This document shows, one piece after another, positions 1-6,998 of a stretch of DNA of 32,000 nucleotides. The notes beneath the pieces are model-generated. The model was not told the origin of the DNA and did no database searches. It saw only the letters and a list, made by a program, of their open reading frames with translations. Source of the DNA: Erysipelotrichaceae bacterium. Its GTDB lineage: Bacteria; Bacillota_I; Bacilli_A; Erysipelotrichales; Erysipelotrichaceae. Every line of letters begins with the position of its first letter. Position 1 is the stretch's first letter. The stretch covers positions 30,001 to 62,000 of the forward strand of contig JAUVVC010000002.1 in NCBI GenBank assembly GCA_030604855.1, read 5' to 3'. A program made the translations under genes and the position numbers.

Positions 1-1296
1 ACCAAGAGTTTGAATGCACCGATTCTCTGTTTGGTAGGCCCTCCGGGGGTCGGTAAGACCTCCTTGGCGAAGTCCATTGCCAATGCTTTGAATCGTAACT
101 TTGTGAAGGCTTCCTTAGGGGGTGTTCGTGATGAAGCGGAAATCCGTGGTCACCGTCGTACTTACTTGGGATCTTTGCCAGGTCGTATCATTCAGTCCAT
201 GAAAAAAGCGGCTGTGGTCAATCCTGTCTTTTTGATTGATGAAATCGATAAGATGGCGAGTGATTACAAAGGTGATCCAAGTTCTGCAATGCTGGAGGTT
301 TTGGATCCTGAGCAAAACAGCATGTTTTCCGATCACTATTTGGAAGAAGCGTATGATTTGAGTAAAGTCATGTTCATCGCGACGGCCAACTATTTGGAAG
401 ATATTCCAGCTGCTTTGCGTGACCGTTTGGAAATCATCAACTTGTCTTCATATACTGAAGATGAAAAGGTGAACATCGCGACGGCGCACTTGATTCCGAA
501 ACAAGCCGCTTTGAATGGCTTGAAGTCGAAACAATTCAATATCGCGGACAAAGTCATCTTGCACATCATTCGTAACTATACACGTGAAGCGGGTGTTCGT
601 CAGTTGGAACGTCATATTGCGAACCTCTGCCGTAAATCGGTCTTAGCGATTCTCAAGGATGGCAAGAAGTCCATTACCGTCACCGATAAGTTGATGATGG
701 AGTGGATGGGCAAAGAAATCTTTGAATACGGTAAAAAAGAAAAAGATAACCAAGTCGGTGTCGTCACCGGTTTGGCCTATACCTCCTTTGGAGGGGATGT
801 GCTTCCTGTGGAAGTCACGACTTTTGAAGGCAAAGGACGTTTGATCGTGACCGGCCAATTGGGCAGCGTCATGAAAGAATCCACGGAAATCGCTTTGGGC
901 TATGTCAAATCCAATGCGAAGAAATACAACATCGATCCGAAGTTCTTTGAAGGCAATGACATCCATATCCACGTACCGGAAGGTGCCGTGCCGAAGGATG
1001 GTCCAAGTGCCGGAATCACCTTGACAACCGCTTTGGTCTCCGCTTTGACGCACCGTGAAGTCTATTCTGACTTGGCGATGACAGGGGAAGTGACCTTGCG
1101 TGGGAATGTCTTGCCGATTGGTGGCTTAAAAGAGAAATCTTTGGCTGCGCACCGTGTGGGCATCACCAAGATTCTGATTCCTAAGTTGAATCTAAAAGAC
1201 ATGGATGATCTGCCTAAGATCGTCAAAGAAGCGATTACTTTTGTGCCTGTTGAATCCATGGAACAAGTTCTCAAGGAAGCTTTGGTGCACGAATGA
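1..1296 (+). CDS. lon: Lon protease (LonA type), C-terminal ~430 aa; the 5' end lies outside the window
   Basis: The frame is open to base 1. It has Walker A GPPGVGKTS, an AAA+ module, and a C-terminal Lon proteolytic domain with the catalytic Ser motif DGPSAGIT and a downstream Lys (GGLKEKSLAA). The stop overlaps the engB start (ATGA). Confidence 0.95.
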   Translation, partial: TKSLNAPILCLVGPPGVGKTSLAKSIANALNRNFVKASLGGVRDEAEIRGHRRTYLGSLPGRIIQSMKKAAVVNPVFLIDEIDKMASDYKGDPSSAMLEVLDPEQNSMFSDHYLEEAYDLSKVMFIATANYLEDIPAALRDRLEIINLSSYTEDEKVNIATAHLIPKQAALNGLKSKQFNIADKVILHIIRNYTREAGVRQLERHIANLCRKSVLAILKDGKKSITVTDKLMMEWMGKEIFEYGKKEKDNQVGVVTGLAYTSFGGDVLPVEVTTFEGKGRLIVTGQLGSVMKESTEIALGYVKSNAKKYNIDPKFFEGNDIHIHVPEGAVPKDGPSAGITLTTALVSALTHREVYSDLAMTGEVTLRGNVLPIGGLKEKSLAAHRVGITKILIPKLNLKDMDDLPKIVKEAITFVPVESMEQVLKEALVHE

Positions 1297-1871
1297 ATCT
1301 CTTTGTCACAGCCGAATTTCTGACGACAGCCGTTGAAAAGAAACAATTTCCAGAGACAAGCTTCCCAGAATTTGTCATGGCTGGACGAAGCAATGTGGGG
1401 AAAAGTTCATTGATCAATGCTTTGACCCATCAGAAAGCTTTGGCCTATGTCGGTAAACGGCCAGGGAAGACCCGATACATCAATTTCTATCAAATTCAAG
1501 ATCGTTTGATGTTGGTGGATGTGCCGGGCTATGGCTATGCCCAACGCTCACGATCTGAAATGATCCAGTACGGTAAGATGATGGATGACTACTTTGAACT
1601 GCGTAAGGTCAATGGGGTCATGTTGGTCATTGATTGTCGTCATGGTTTGACGGATGATGATGAGGACATGCGTGAATTTGTGGAATCTAAGAAGTTGCCA
1701 CTCTTGATCGTCGCGACCAAGTCGGATAAACTGAACCACTCGAAACGAATTGCAGTAAAACGCGAATTGAGCGGGAAGTATAAACAGGATGTGATCCTCT
1801 TCTCATCCTTGAATAAATCCGGTCTCGAAGAGATCGAGAACTGGTGTAAGAAATACATTCAAGACAAGTGA
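1293..1871 (+). CDS. engB: Ribosome-biogenesis GTPase EngB/YsxC
   Basis: 192 aa with G1 GRSNVGKSSLINAL, G3 DVPGYG and G4 TKSDK. The lon-ysxC adjacency is classic in Bacillota. Confidence 0.9.
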   Translation: MNLFVTAEFLTTAVEKKQFPETSFPEFVMAGRSNVGKSSLINALTHQKALAYVGKRPGKTRYINFYQIQDRLMLVDVPGYGYAQRSRSEMIQYGKMMDDYFELRKVNGVMLVIDCRHGLTDDDEDMREFVESKKLPLLIVATKSDKLNHSKRIAVKRELSGKYKQDVILFSSLNKSGLEEIENWCKKYIQDK

Positions 1872-1890
1872 TTCACTTGTCTTTTGTTTG
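1862..1890 (+). terminator. Intrinsic terminator after engB
   Basis: A 9-bp stem agacaagtg/cacttgtct with a 3-nt loop spans the stop codon and is followed by tttgtttg. Confidence 0.7.
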
Positions 1891-1919
1891 TGTTTGCATT
1901 CCAATCAAAAATATGATAA

Positions 1920-1935
1920 TGTGATGTATGTCACA
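1920..1935. promoter_or_regulatory. Perfect TGTGA-N6-TCACA palindrome (Crp/Fnr-type or Rex-core-type operator candidate)
   Basis: The sequence is tgtga tgtatg tcaca. It lies 24 nt upstream of the ATG at 1959 and abuts the best -10-like hexamer, gataat (1915-1920). Confidence 0.4.
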
Positions 1936-1958
1936 CTAATGTGTGAGGAGGGTAAAGA

Positions 1959-2303
1959 ATGAAGAAGATTATCGGTGCAGCACTTTTGCTTGTCTTGGTC
2001 CTTGTGGGCTGTTCAAGCGCGCCAAAAGTGTACAATAATGGAACCTTTGAAGGAACCGGTGAAGGAAAGAAGGGGCCTGTTGTCGTCTCTGTCACCTTTG
2101 AAAATGATAAGATTACCGCAGTCGAAATCACAGCTCAAGAAGAAACACCAGATATTGCGAATGTCGTATTTGAAAACATTCCAACTCAGATTGTGGAGCT
2201 TCAGGGGACGGAAGGTGTCGATACCTATGCGGGTGCGACGTATACACGCGATGCGATTGTCACAGCAGTTGAACAGGCCATCGAACAAGCTAAAATAAAG
2301 TAG
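1959..2303 (+). CDS. FMN-binding-domain lipoprotein (PplA-like, single domain), paralog 1
   Basis: 114 aa with a signal peptide and lipobox LVGC. The FMN_bind-type core is YNNGTFEGTGEGKKGPVVVSVTF..KI..VEI..ETP. A flavinylation-type motif DTYAGAT sits near the C-terminus. The SD is gaggagg. Confidence 0.85.
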   Translation: MKKIIGAALLLVLVLVGCSSAPKVYNNGTFEGTGEGKKGPVVVSVTFENDKITAVEITAQEETPDIANVVFENIPTQIVELQGTEGVDTYAGATYTRDAIVTAVEQAIEQAKIK

Positions 2304-2309
2304 TGTACA

Positions 2310-2335
2310 AGGTAGGCTTATCGCTTACTTTTTTT
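2310..2335 (+). terminator. Intrinsic terminator after paralog 1
   Basis: Stem gtaggc/gcttac (one G-U pair) with loop ttatc, followed by T7. Confidence 0.7.
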
Positions 2336-2409
2336 ATGCACTTTGAATGAACTTGTATCCATGTTGTGCTAATGCGAAGTATATCACTCATAATGTGAGG
2401 AGGCTATCC

Positions 2410-2754
2410 ATGAAGAAGATCATGAGTTTTATGCTTTTGATCGTATTCGCATTATCCGCATGCGCAAAAACGCCCCAAATTTATCATGACGGGACGTTTG
2501 AAGGTGTCGGTGAAGGTAAGAAGGGACCCATTGCAGTAACGGTTACTTTTATGAATGATGAAATCACAAAAGTTGAGATCACCGCTCAAGAAGAAACCCC
2601 CGATATCGCACAAGTGGTTTTAGATGCATTGCCAGAGCAGATCATTGAACATCAAGGCACGGCGGATGTGGATGTATTCACGGGTTCAAGTTATACCCGT
2701 GATGCGATCATCGCAGCGGTTGAACAAGCGATGGAGAATGCTCGGATCAAGTAG
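2410..2754 (+). CDS. FMN-binding-domain lipoprotein, paralog 2
   Basis: The ATG at 2410 is preceded by gaggagg, so the ORF-track start at 2347 is unlikely. 114 aa with lipobox LSAC. 71 of 114 positions are identical to paralog 1 in an ungapped hand alignment. The motif is DVFTGSS. Confidence 0.85.
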   Translation: MKKIMSFMLLIVFALSACAKTPQIYHDGTFEGVGEGKKGPIAVTVTFMNDEITKVEITAQEETPDIAQVVLDALPEQIIEHQGTADVDVFTGSSYTRDAIIAAVEQAMENARIK

Positions 2755-2799
2755 ACGTATTGTGGGACATGTAATACAAATATGATTGGATTAACAGAA

Positions 2800-2834
2800 G
2801 GGTCTCGGACGAAGCGTGCTAGATCCTTTTTTTT
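2800..2834 (+). terminator. Probable intrinsic terminator after paralog 2
   Basis: Stem gggtct/agatcc (one G-U pair) with a 15-nt loop, followed by T8. Confidence 0.45.
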
Positions 2835-3160
2835 AAGGTGTAGATGTTGGATGAGGATCTCCTTATTTTCAAGAATGAACAAAAGCTTTGAGAGGTATTG
2901 GTGTGCTAATGCGAGACTAGAGGTATTGATAGACTTTTCGGGTTATTCGAAGCATTTAATCTTAGAACGTACCTGGTCAACTCGTTGTGTTCAAGATTAA
3001 GAACATATCAATATTCATTGAGTTGTGACTTTCACATATGCTCTAGTCACACGATTGAACATGCAAAAACAAAGTAGTTCAAATGAGAATTCATTTCGCA
3101 TTTCTTCTTTTCAAATGACTTTGATTGACGAAAGGAAAAGAAACAGATAAAGTGTTGCAT

Positions 3161-4558
3161 ATGGATTCACTGCAATTGGTTGTTCTCTATTTTATTTATG
3201 GTTTGGCATTTTTCTCAATGGGATTGAGTTGCTTTTTCTTGTTCCATAAACATATGGACTTTCCTTTTAGAAGAAGTCTGTTGCATCTAGGCTTTTTTGG
3301 TTTGATCCATGGTTTTGCGGAATGGTTCATCATGTTCAACCGTATTCCCTTGTTTAATGCGTATAATGCTCAATTATCCATCACCATCTTGTTTCTGTAT
3401 GGAAGTTCATTCTATTTCTTGTCTCTATTTGCCTATTATCTCATTTTGATGCTCCGCCGATTTGATCGCATATTCATTAGTGTTCTGACACTTTTTTATG
3501 CGTTTTGGTGGATTGTCGTTTTATGGGTCATGGCAGACAATGCATTCGATGTTCAATTGATCCGTGAGGGCTTGATTTTGTTTACACGTTATGTCACAGC
3601 TTTACCCGCCGGAATCTTTGCGACATTCGCATTAATGTTTTATCAACACGAGTTGCGCATTGCGAAACTCGATACGCTCGCTGGCATTTTACGGATTCTT
3701 GCAGCGGTGTTCTTTCTATATACGCTTTCAACCGGCTTGGTCGGTGAAGCATTTGATTTCTTTCCGGCACGTTTTATTAATCGTGATGCCTTTATTCATC
3801 AATTTGGTTTACCCATCGAAATGTTTCGAATCCTATTTGCTTTAGGGATTGCGATAAGTTTGTTTATATTTATGTTTTCATATGAACGTCAACAAAGACT
3901 GCATGAAAAGCGATTATTCAGACATCAAATCAGTCGTATCGAGCGACGTAAGTTGGGTAGTCAATTGCATGATGTGGTCTTGCAACATCTCTTTGTGGCC
4001 AATTTATCCGTCACAAGTCTTGAATCCCAGGGGGTTGATCCAGTTATTCTAAAGACTCTTCATGAAAACATTCAACTGTCTATGGAAGACATTCGTGCGT
4101 TTCTGAGATCGCCTGTTATTCGTAGCGTTGATCTCAGTGAATTCAAGTCCGAACTCGAGCACATCTTTTCGACAGGAAGTGCACCTGGCTTGCGAATCGA
4201 GTTCAGCTTTGATGTGCCTTTGATATACACCCAACCCATAGATTCGCAGGCGATGAATCACTTGCTGTATATCATAAGGGAATTCTTAATCAATACTAAG
4301 AAACATGCGAGAGCCACTCGTTTTGAATGTGTGATTATTGGAGACCCTGAAGCGTTAAACATCACATTGATGGATAATGGTCTTGGTTTCAAGTTTGATG
4401 AAGTCGACCAAAGTCAACATTTTGGGCTCAGCAGCATCAAGAATCGGATTGAAATGTGTCAAGGGTCGTATCATTGGCAAACAAGCGCAAAAACGCAACT
4501 AGATGTGCGGATACCCTGGAAAGGATTGATCTATGATGAACATTTTAATCGTGGATGA
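3161..4558 (+). CDS. Sensor histidine kinase, HisKA_3/NarL-partner type, with a polytopic membrane N-terminus
   Basis: The first ~260 aa are almost entirely hydrophobic, giving about 7 predicted TM segments and no sizeable extracytoplasmic domain. It has H-box SQLHDVVLQHL, N-box NTKKHA, G1 DNGLGF and G2 FGLSSI. The start is uncertain: ATG at 3161 or TTG at 3125, neither with a clear SD. Confidence 0.85.
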   Translation: MDSLQLVVLYFIYGLAFFSMGLSCFFLFHKHMDFPFRRSLLHLGFFGLIHGFAEWFIMFNRIPLFNAYNAQLSITILFLYGSSFYFLSLFAYYLILMLRRFDRIFISVLTLFYAFWWIVVLWVMADNAFDVQLIREGLILFTRYVTALPAGIFATFALMFYQHELRIAKLDTLAGILRILAAVFFLYTLSTGLVGEAFDFFPARFINRDAFIHQFGLPIEMFRILFALGIAISLFIFMFSYERQQRLHEKRLFRHQISRIERRKLGSQLHDVVLQHLFVANLSVTSLESQGVDPVILKTLHENIQLSMEDIRAFLRSPVIRSVDLSEFKSELEHIFSTGSAPGLRIEFSFDVPLIYTQPIDSQAMNHLLYIIREFLINTKKHARATRFECVIIGDPEALNITLMDNGLGFKFDEVDQSQHFGLSSIKNRIEMCQGSYHWQTSAKTQLDVRIPWKGLIYDEHFNRG

Positions 4559-5153
4559 TCATTCGATCGTTCGAGAAGGATTGCGTTCCCGCTTTCAATT
4601 GAACTATCCGGATGCGATGATTCAGGAAGCCAGCAGCGTGAAAGATGCACTGAAAGCCATGGCTGTGACTAAGTATGATGGTGTGCTTTTGGATTATCAG
4701 TTACAAGATGGAAATGCGATGGATGTGATTCATGCTTTAGAAACATTTAAACATCGTCCTGCCATCTTGATTCTTACTGCATTTGAAGATGATCGGATCA
4801 TTTATCAATGTGTACAATCGGGGGTAGAGGGTATTTTATTGAAAACCTCTGATCCGCGACGTATCATGGACGCTATTCATGCCATATTGGCGGGGGCAAG
4901 CTATTATGATGAAGCGATTCTACATAAGATGGTTTGTTATGTTAAGCGAAAAGATGAGTTACAGCGGATCTTGAATGATAATGAATGCAAGATTTTAAAA
5001 CACCTTTCCTCAGGACTCTCAAATCAGGATATTGCCGATCAAATGTTCATGTCAGAGAAAACGATTCGAAACTATCTGAGCATCATCTATGAAAAGATCG
5101 GTGTGAAGAATCGCACAGAAGCGGTATTGTATTATCAGCAACATGTTAAGTAA
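4533..5153 (+). CDS. Response regulator, NarL/LuxR family (REC + LuxR-type HTH)
   Basis: It begins MMNILIVDDHSIVREGL and has a phospho-acceptor region VLLDYQLQD. The C-terminal HTH is LSNQDIADQMFMSEKTIRNYLSIIYEKIGV. It overlaps the kinase gene by 26 nt. Confidence 0.9.
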   Translation: MMNILIVDDHSIVREGLRSRFQLNYPDAMIQEASSVKDALKAMAVTKYDGVLLDYQLQDGNAMDVIHALETFKHRPAILILTAFEDDRIIYQCVQSGVEGILLKTSDPRRIMDAIHAILAGASYYDEAILHKMVCYVKRKDELQRILNDNECKILKHLSSGLSNQDIADQMFMSEKTIRNYLSIIYEKIGVKNRTEAVLYYQQHVK

Positions 5154-5174
5154 AGGACAATTGTCCTTTTATTT
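5153..5174 (+). terminator. Possible terminator after the response regulator
   Basis: Stem aaggac/gtcctt with loop aatt, followed by ttattt. Confidence 0.45.
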
Positions 5175-5189
5175 AAGGGCAAAGCTCAA

Positions 5190-5217
5190 TTGTAAAAAAT
5201 ATCACAAAGTTTAAAAT
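5190..5217 (+). promoter_or_regulatory. Candidate sigma-A promoter for the paralog 3/reductase unit
   Basis: TTGTAA, 16-nt spacer, TAAAAT. Confidence 0.4.
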
Positions 5218-5219
5218 CG

Positions 5220-5240
5220 ATGTGTAAGGAGAATACACAT
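5220..5240. promoter_or_regulatory. 7-bp inverted repeat ATGTGTA-N7-TACACAT enclosing the SD and touching the start codon
   Basis: The arms are at 5220-5226 and 5234-5240. The loop aggagaa is the SD. The right arm includes the AT of the ATG at 5239. Confidence 0.35.
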
Positions 5241-5574
5241 GAAACGAATTGGAATTATAGCAGTATTGTTGGCAGTGGTATTAACAGGATGTTCCAGTGC
5301 ATCGGTTTATAAAGATGGACAATATGAAGGCAGTGCAGAAGGTAAATATGGACCTGTCACCATTAAATTGACCGTTGCTAAGGATAAGATCAAAGCATTT
5401 GAAGTTGTAAGTCATACAGAAACACCGGGTATCTCGGATCCTGCGATTCTTGAAATCCCAGCAGCTGTTTTAAAGAAACAAAGCATTGAAGGAATCGATG
5501 TCATCGCAGGTGTCACCGTTACATCAGAAGCGATTTTAAAAGCTGCTGAGGCAGCATTGGCGAAAGCGAAGTAA
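5239..5574 (+). CDS. FMN-binding-domain lipoprotein, paralog 3 (reductase partner)
   Basis: 111 aa with lipobox LTGC, core YKDGQYEGSAEGKYGPVTIKLTV..KI..FEV..ETPGI and motif DVIAGVT. Its stop is 3 nt before the reductase ATG. Confidence 0.85.
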   Translation: MKRIGIIAVLLAVVLTGCSSASVYKDGQYEGSAEGKYGPVTIKLTVAKDKIKAFEVVSHTETPGISDPAILEIPAAVLKKQSIEGIDVIAGVTVTSEAILKAAEAALAKAK

Positions 5575-5577
5575 ACC

Positions 5578-6948
5578 ATGAAATCGATAAAATTACTATT
5601 GATTACTGTATTAGCAGTTTCATTGGCTGCTTGCTCAACAGGTCCCAAAGTCACGAAGACAGATGTCTTGATCATCGGGGGTGGTGGTGCAGGTTTGGTT
5701 GCGGCCATCACAGCGGCTGAAGCAGGCAAAAAAGTCATCCTTGTAGAAAAAATGAGCGCAGTAGGTGGAAACACCATCATCTCTGCAACGGGGATCACGG
5801 CATCAGATACATTCTTGCATCAAGAATCCGGGATCGCATTTACAAAAGAAGATCATTTTAAACGGACGATGGAAACGGGGAAGAATCTTGCCAATCCTGA
5901 ATTGGTTCAAATCCTTGTTGATGAAAGCGCCGATGCAATCCAATGGTTGAGTGATCTTGGCTTGGCATTGAAGGTTCGTTCTGAAAAAGAACCATTCTGG
6001 TTGGTTCCCGTTGAAGGCCACTATGGATCACAACTGGTGGGTGTTTTATTAAACAAAGCAAATCAACTTAAGAATCTTGAAATTCGTACAAAAACAAAGG
6101 CATTGGAATTCGTCGTTGAGAATGGAGCCGTCACAGGCGCAAACGTCGAAGGTCCAGAAGGTGCTTACACCATTCAATCCGATGCAGTTGTCTTGGCAAC
6201 AGGTGGAATGAATAACAATCCTGAAATGATCGCGTTCTACAATGCGAAATATAAAGACATCAATACTGAAATGACGACACCAAGCGCGACAGGCGATGGG
6301 ATCACAATGGCGTTAGCGGTGAACGCAAACTTGATCGATATGGAATACATGCAGATTCGTCCCTTATCTTTGAATGGCGATTGGTATAACGAGCGCATCG
6401 TGAATACGGAAGACATTTCAGGAATCATCGTGAATCAACAAGCACAGCGATTTGTTGATGAAACCTTAGCGCCAAAAGCTTTGGCTTCTGAAATCCTTAA
6501 AACAGCGGAGCACAGTGCTTATGTCATCTTTGACAATCGTGTGCTGAATACCCCAGATGGTAAGAAATACTTCGAAAAGGGCAAAGGTGTTCAATCGGAT
6601 ACGATTGAAGGCTTGGCACAACTCATTGGTTTGGATGCCGCAACTTTGGTTAAAACGGTTGAAGACTACAACAATGGCATCGATCCATTTGGTCGTAAGG
6701 TCTTAGGCCGCTTGATTGAAGCTCCTTACCAAGCACTTGTCACAAAACCTTCCAATCATTATTCGATGGGTGGTGTTGAAGTTAATGCCGACGCTCAAGT
6801 TATGAATCGTGATGGTCAAGTAATCAAAGGTTTGTATGCAGCGGGTGAAGTCATCGGTGGATTGTACGGTGATGGACGTGTTGCAGGAAATAACACATTG
6901 GATGATGTTGTCTTCGGGAAGATTGCCGGAGCCAACGCAGCGAAATAA
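5578..6948 (+). CDS. Lipoprotein FAD-dependent flavoprotein reductase, fumarate/urocanate-reductase (FAD_binding_2) family; substrate unknown
   Basis: 456 aa with lipobox LAAC and dinucleotide fold DVLIIGGGGAGL..A. It has the family motifs GGNT, HYSMGGV and GLYAAGEV.GG..G..R..GN. It has no fused FMN_bind domain. Confidence 0.85.
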   Translation: MKSIKLLLITVLAVSLAACSTGPKVTKTDVLIIGGGGAGLVAAITAAEAGKKVILVEKMSAVGGNTIISATGITASDTFLHQESGIAFTKEDHFKRTMETGKNLANPELVQILVDESADAIQWLSDLGLALKVRSEKEPFWLVPVEGHYGSQLVGVLLNKANQLKNLEIRTKTKALEFVVENGAVTGANVEGPEGAYTIQSDAVVLATGGMNNNPEMIAFYNAKYKDINTEMTTPSATGDGITMALAVNANLIDMEYMQIRPLSLNGDWYNERIVNTEDISGIIVNQQAQRFVDETLAPKALASEILKTAEHSAYVIFDNRVLNTPDGKKYFEKGKGVQSDTIEGLAQLIGLDAATLVKTVEDYNNGIDPFGRKVLGRLIEAPYQALVTKPSNHYSMGGVEVNADAQVMNRDGQVIKGLYAAGEVIGGLYGDGRVAGNNTLDDVVFGKIAGANAAK

Positions 6949-6957
6949 CCTTGCACG

Positions 6958-6982
6958 AAAAAGACGCTTATGGCGTCTTTTT
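6958..6982. terminator. Bidirectional intrinsic terminator between the reductase and the VOC gene
   Basis: A perfect 10-bp stem aaaaagacgc/gcgtcttttt with loop ttatg. The A-run and T-run arms supply a U-tract on both strands. Confidence 0.75.
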
Positions 6983-6998
6983 CAGTGTGAATAAAAGC

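Noticed and set aside
2347-2409. 21-codon upstream extension of FMN-binding paralog 2
   Set aside because: The ATG at 2410 follows gaggagg and gives a signal peptide collinear with paralog 1, both 114 aa.
2782-3000. 72-aa ORF in the gap between paralog 2 and the kinase
   Set aside because: It starts inside the terminator hairpin and T8 run of the upstream gene. It has no SD, is Arg/Cys/Trp-rich, and shows no family resemblance. It is more likely non-coding regulatory DNA.
5412-5798. 128-aa ORF antisense to the paralog 3/reductase junction
   Set aside because: It lies entirely within well-supported + strand genes. Its Ala/Pro/Met-rich composition is typical of a shadow frame, and it has no SD.
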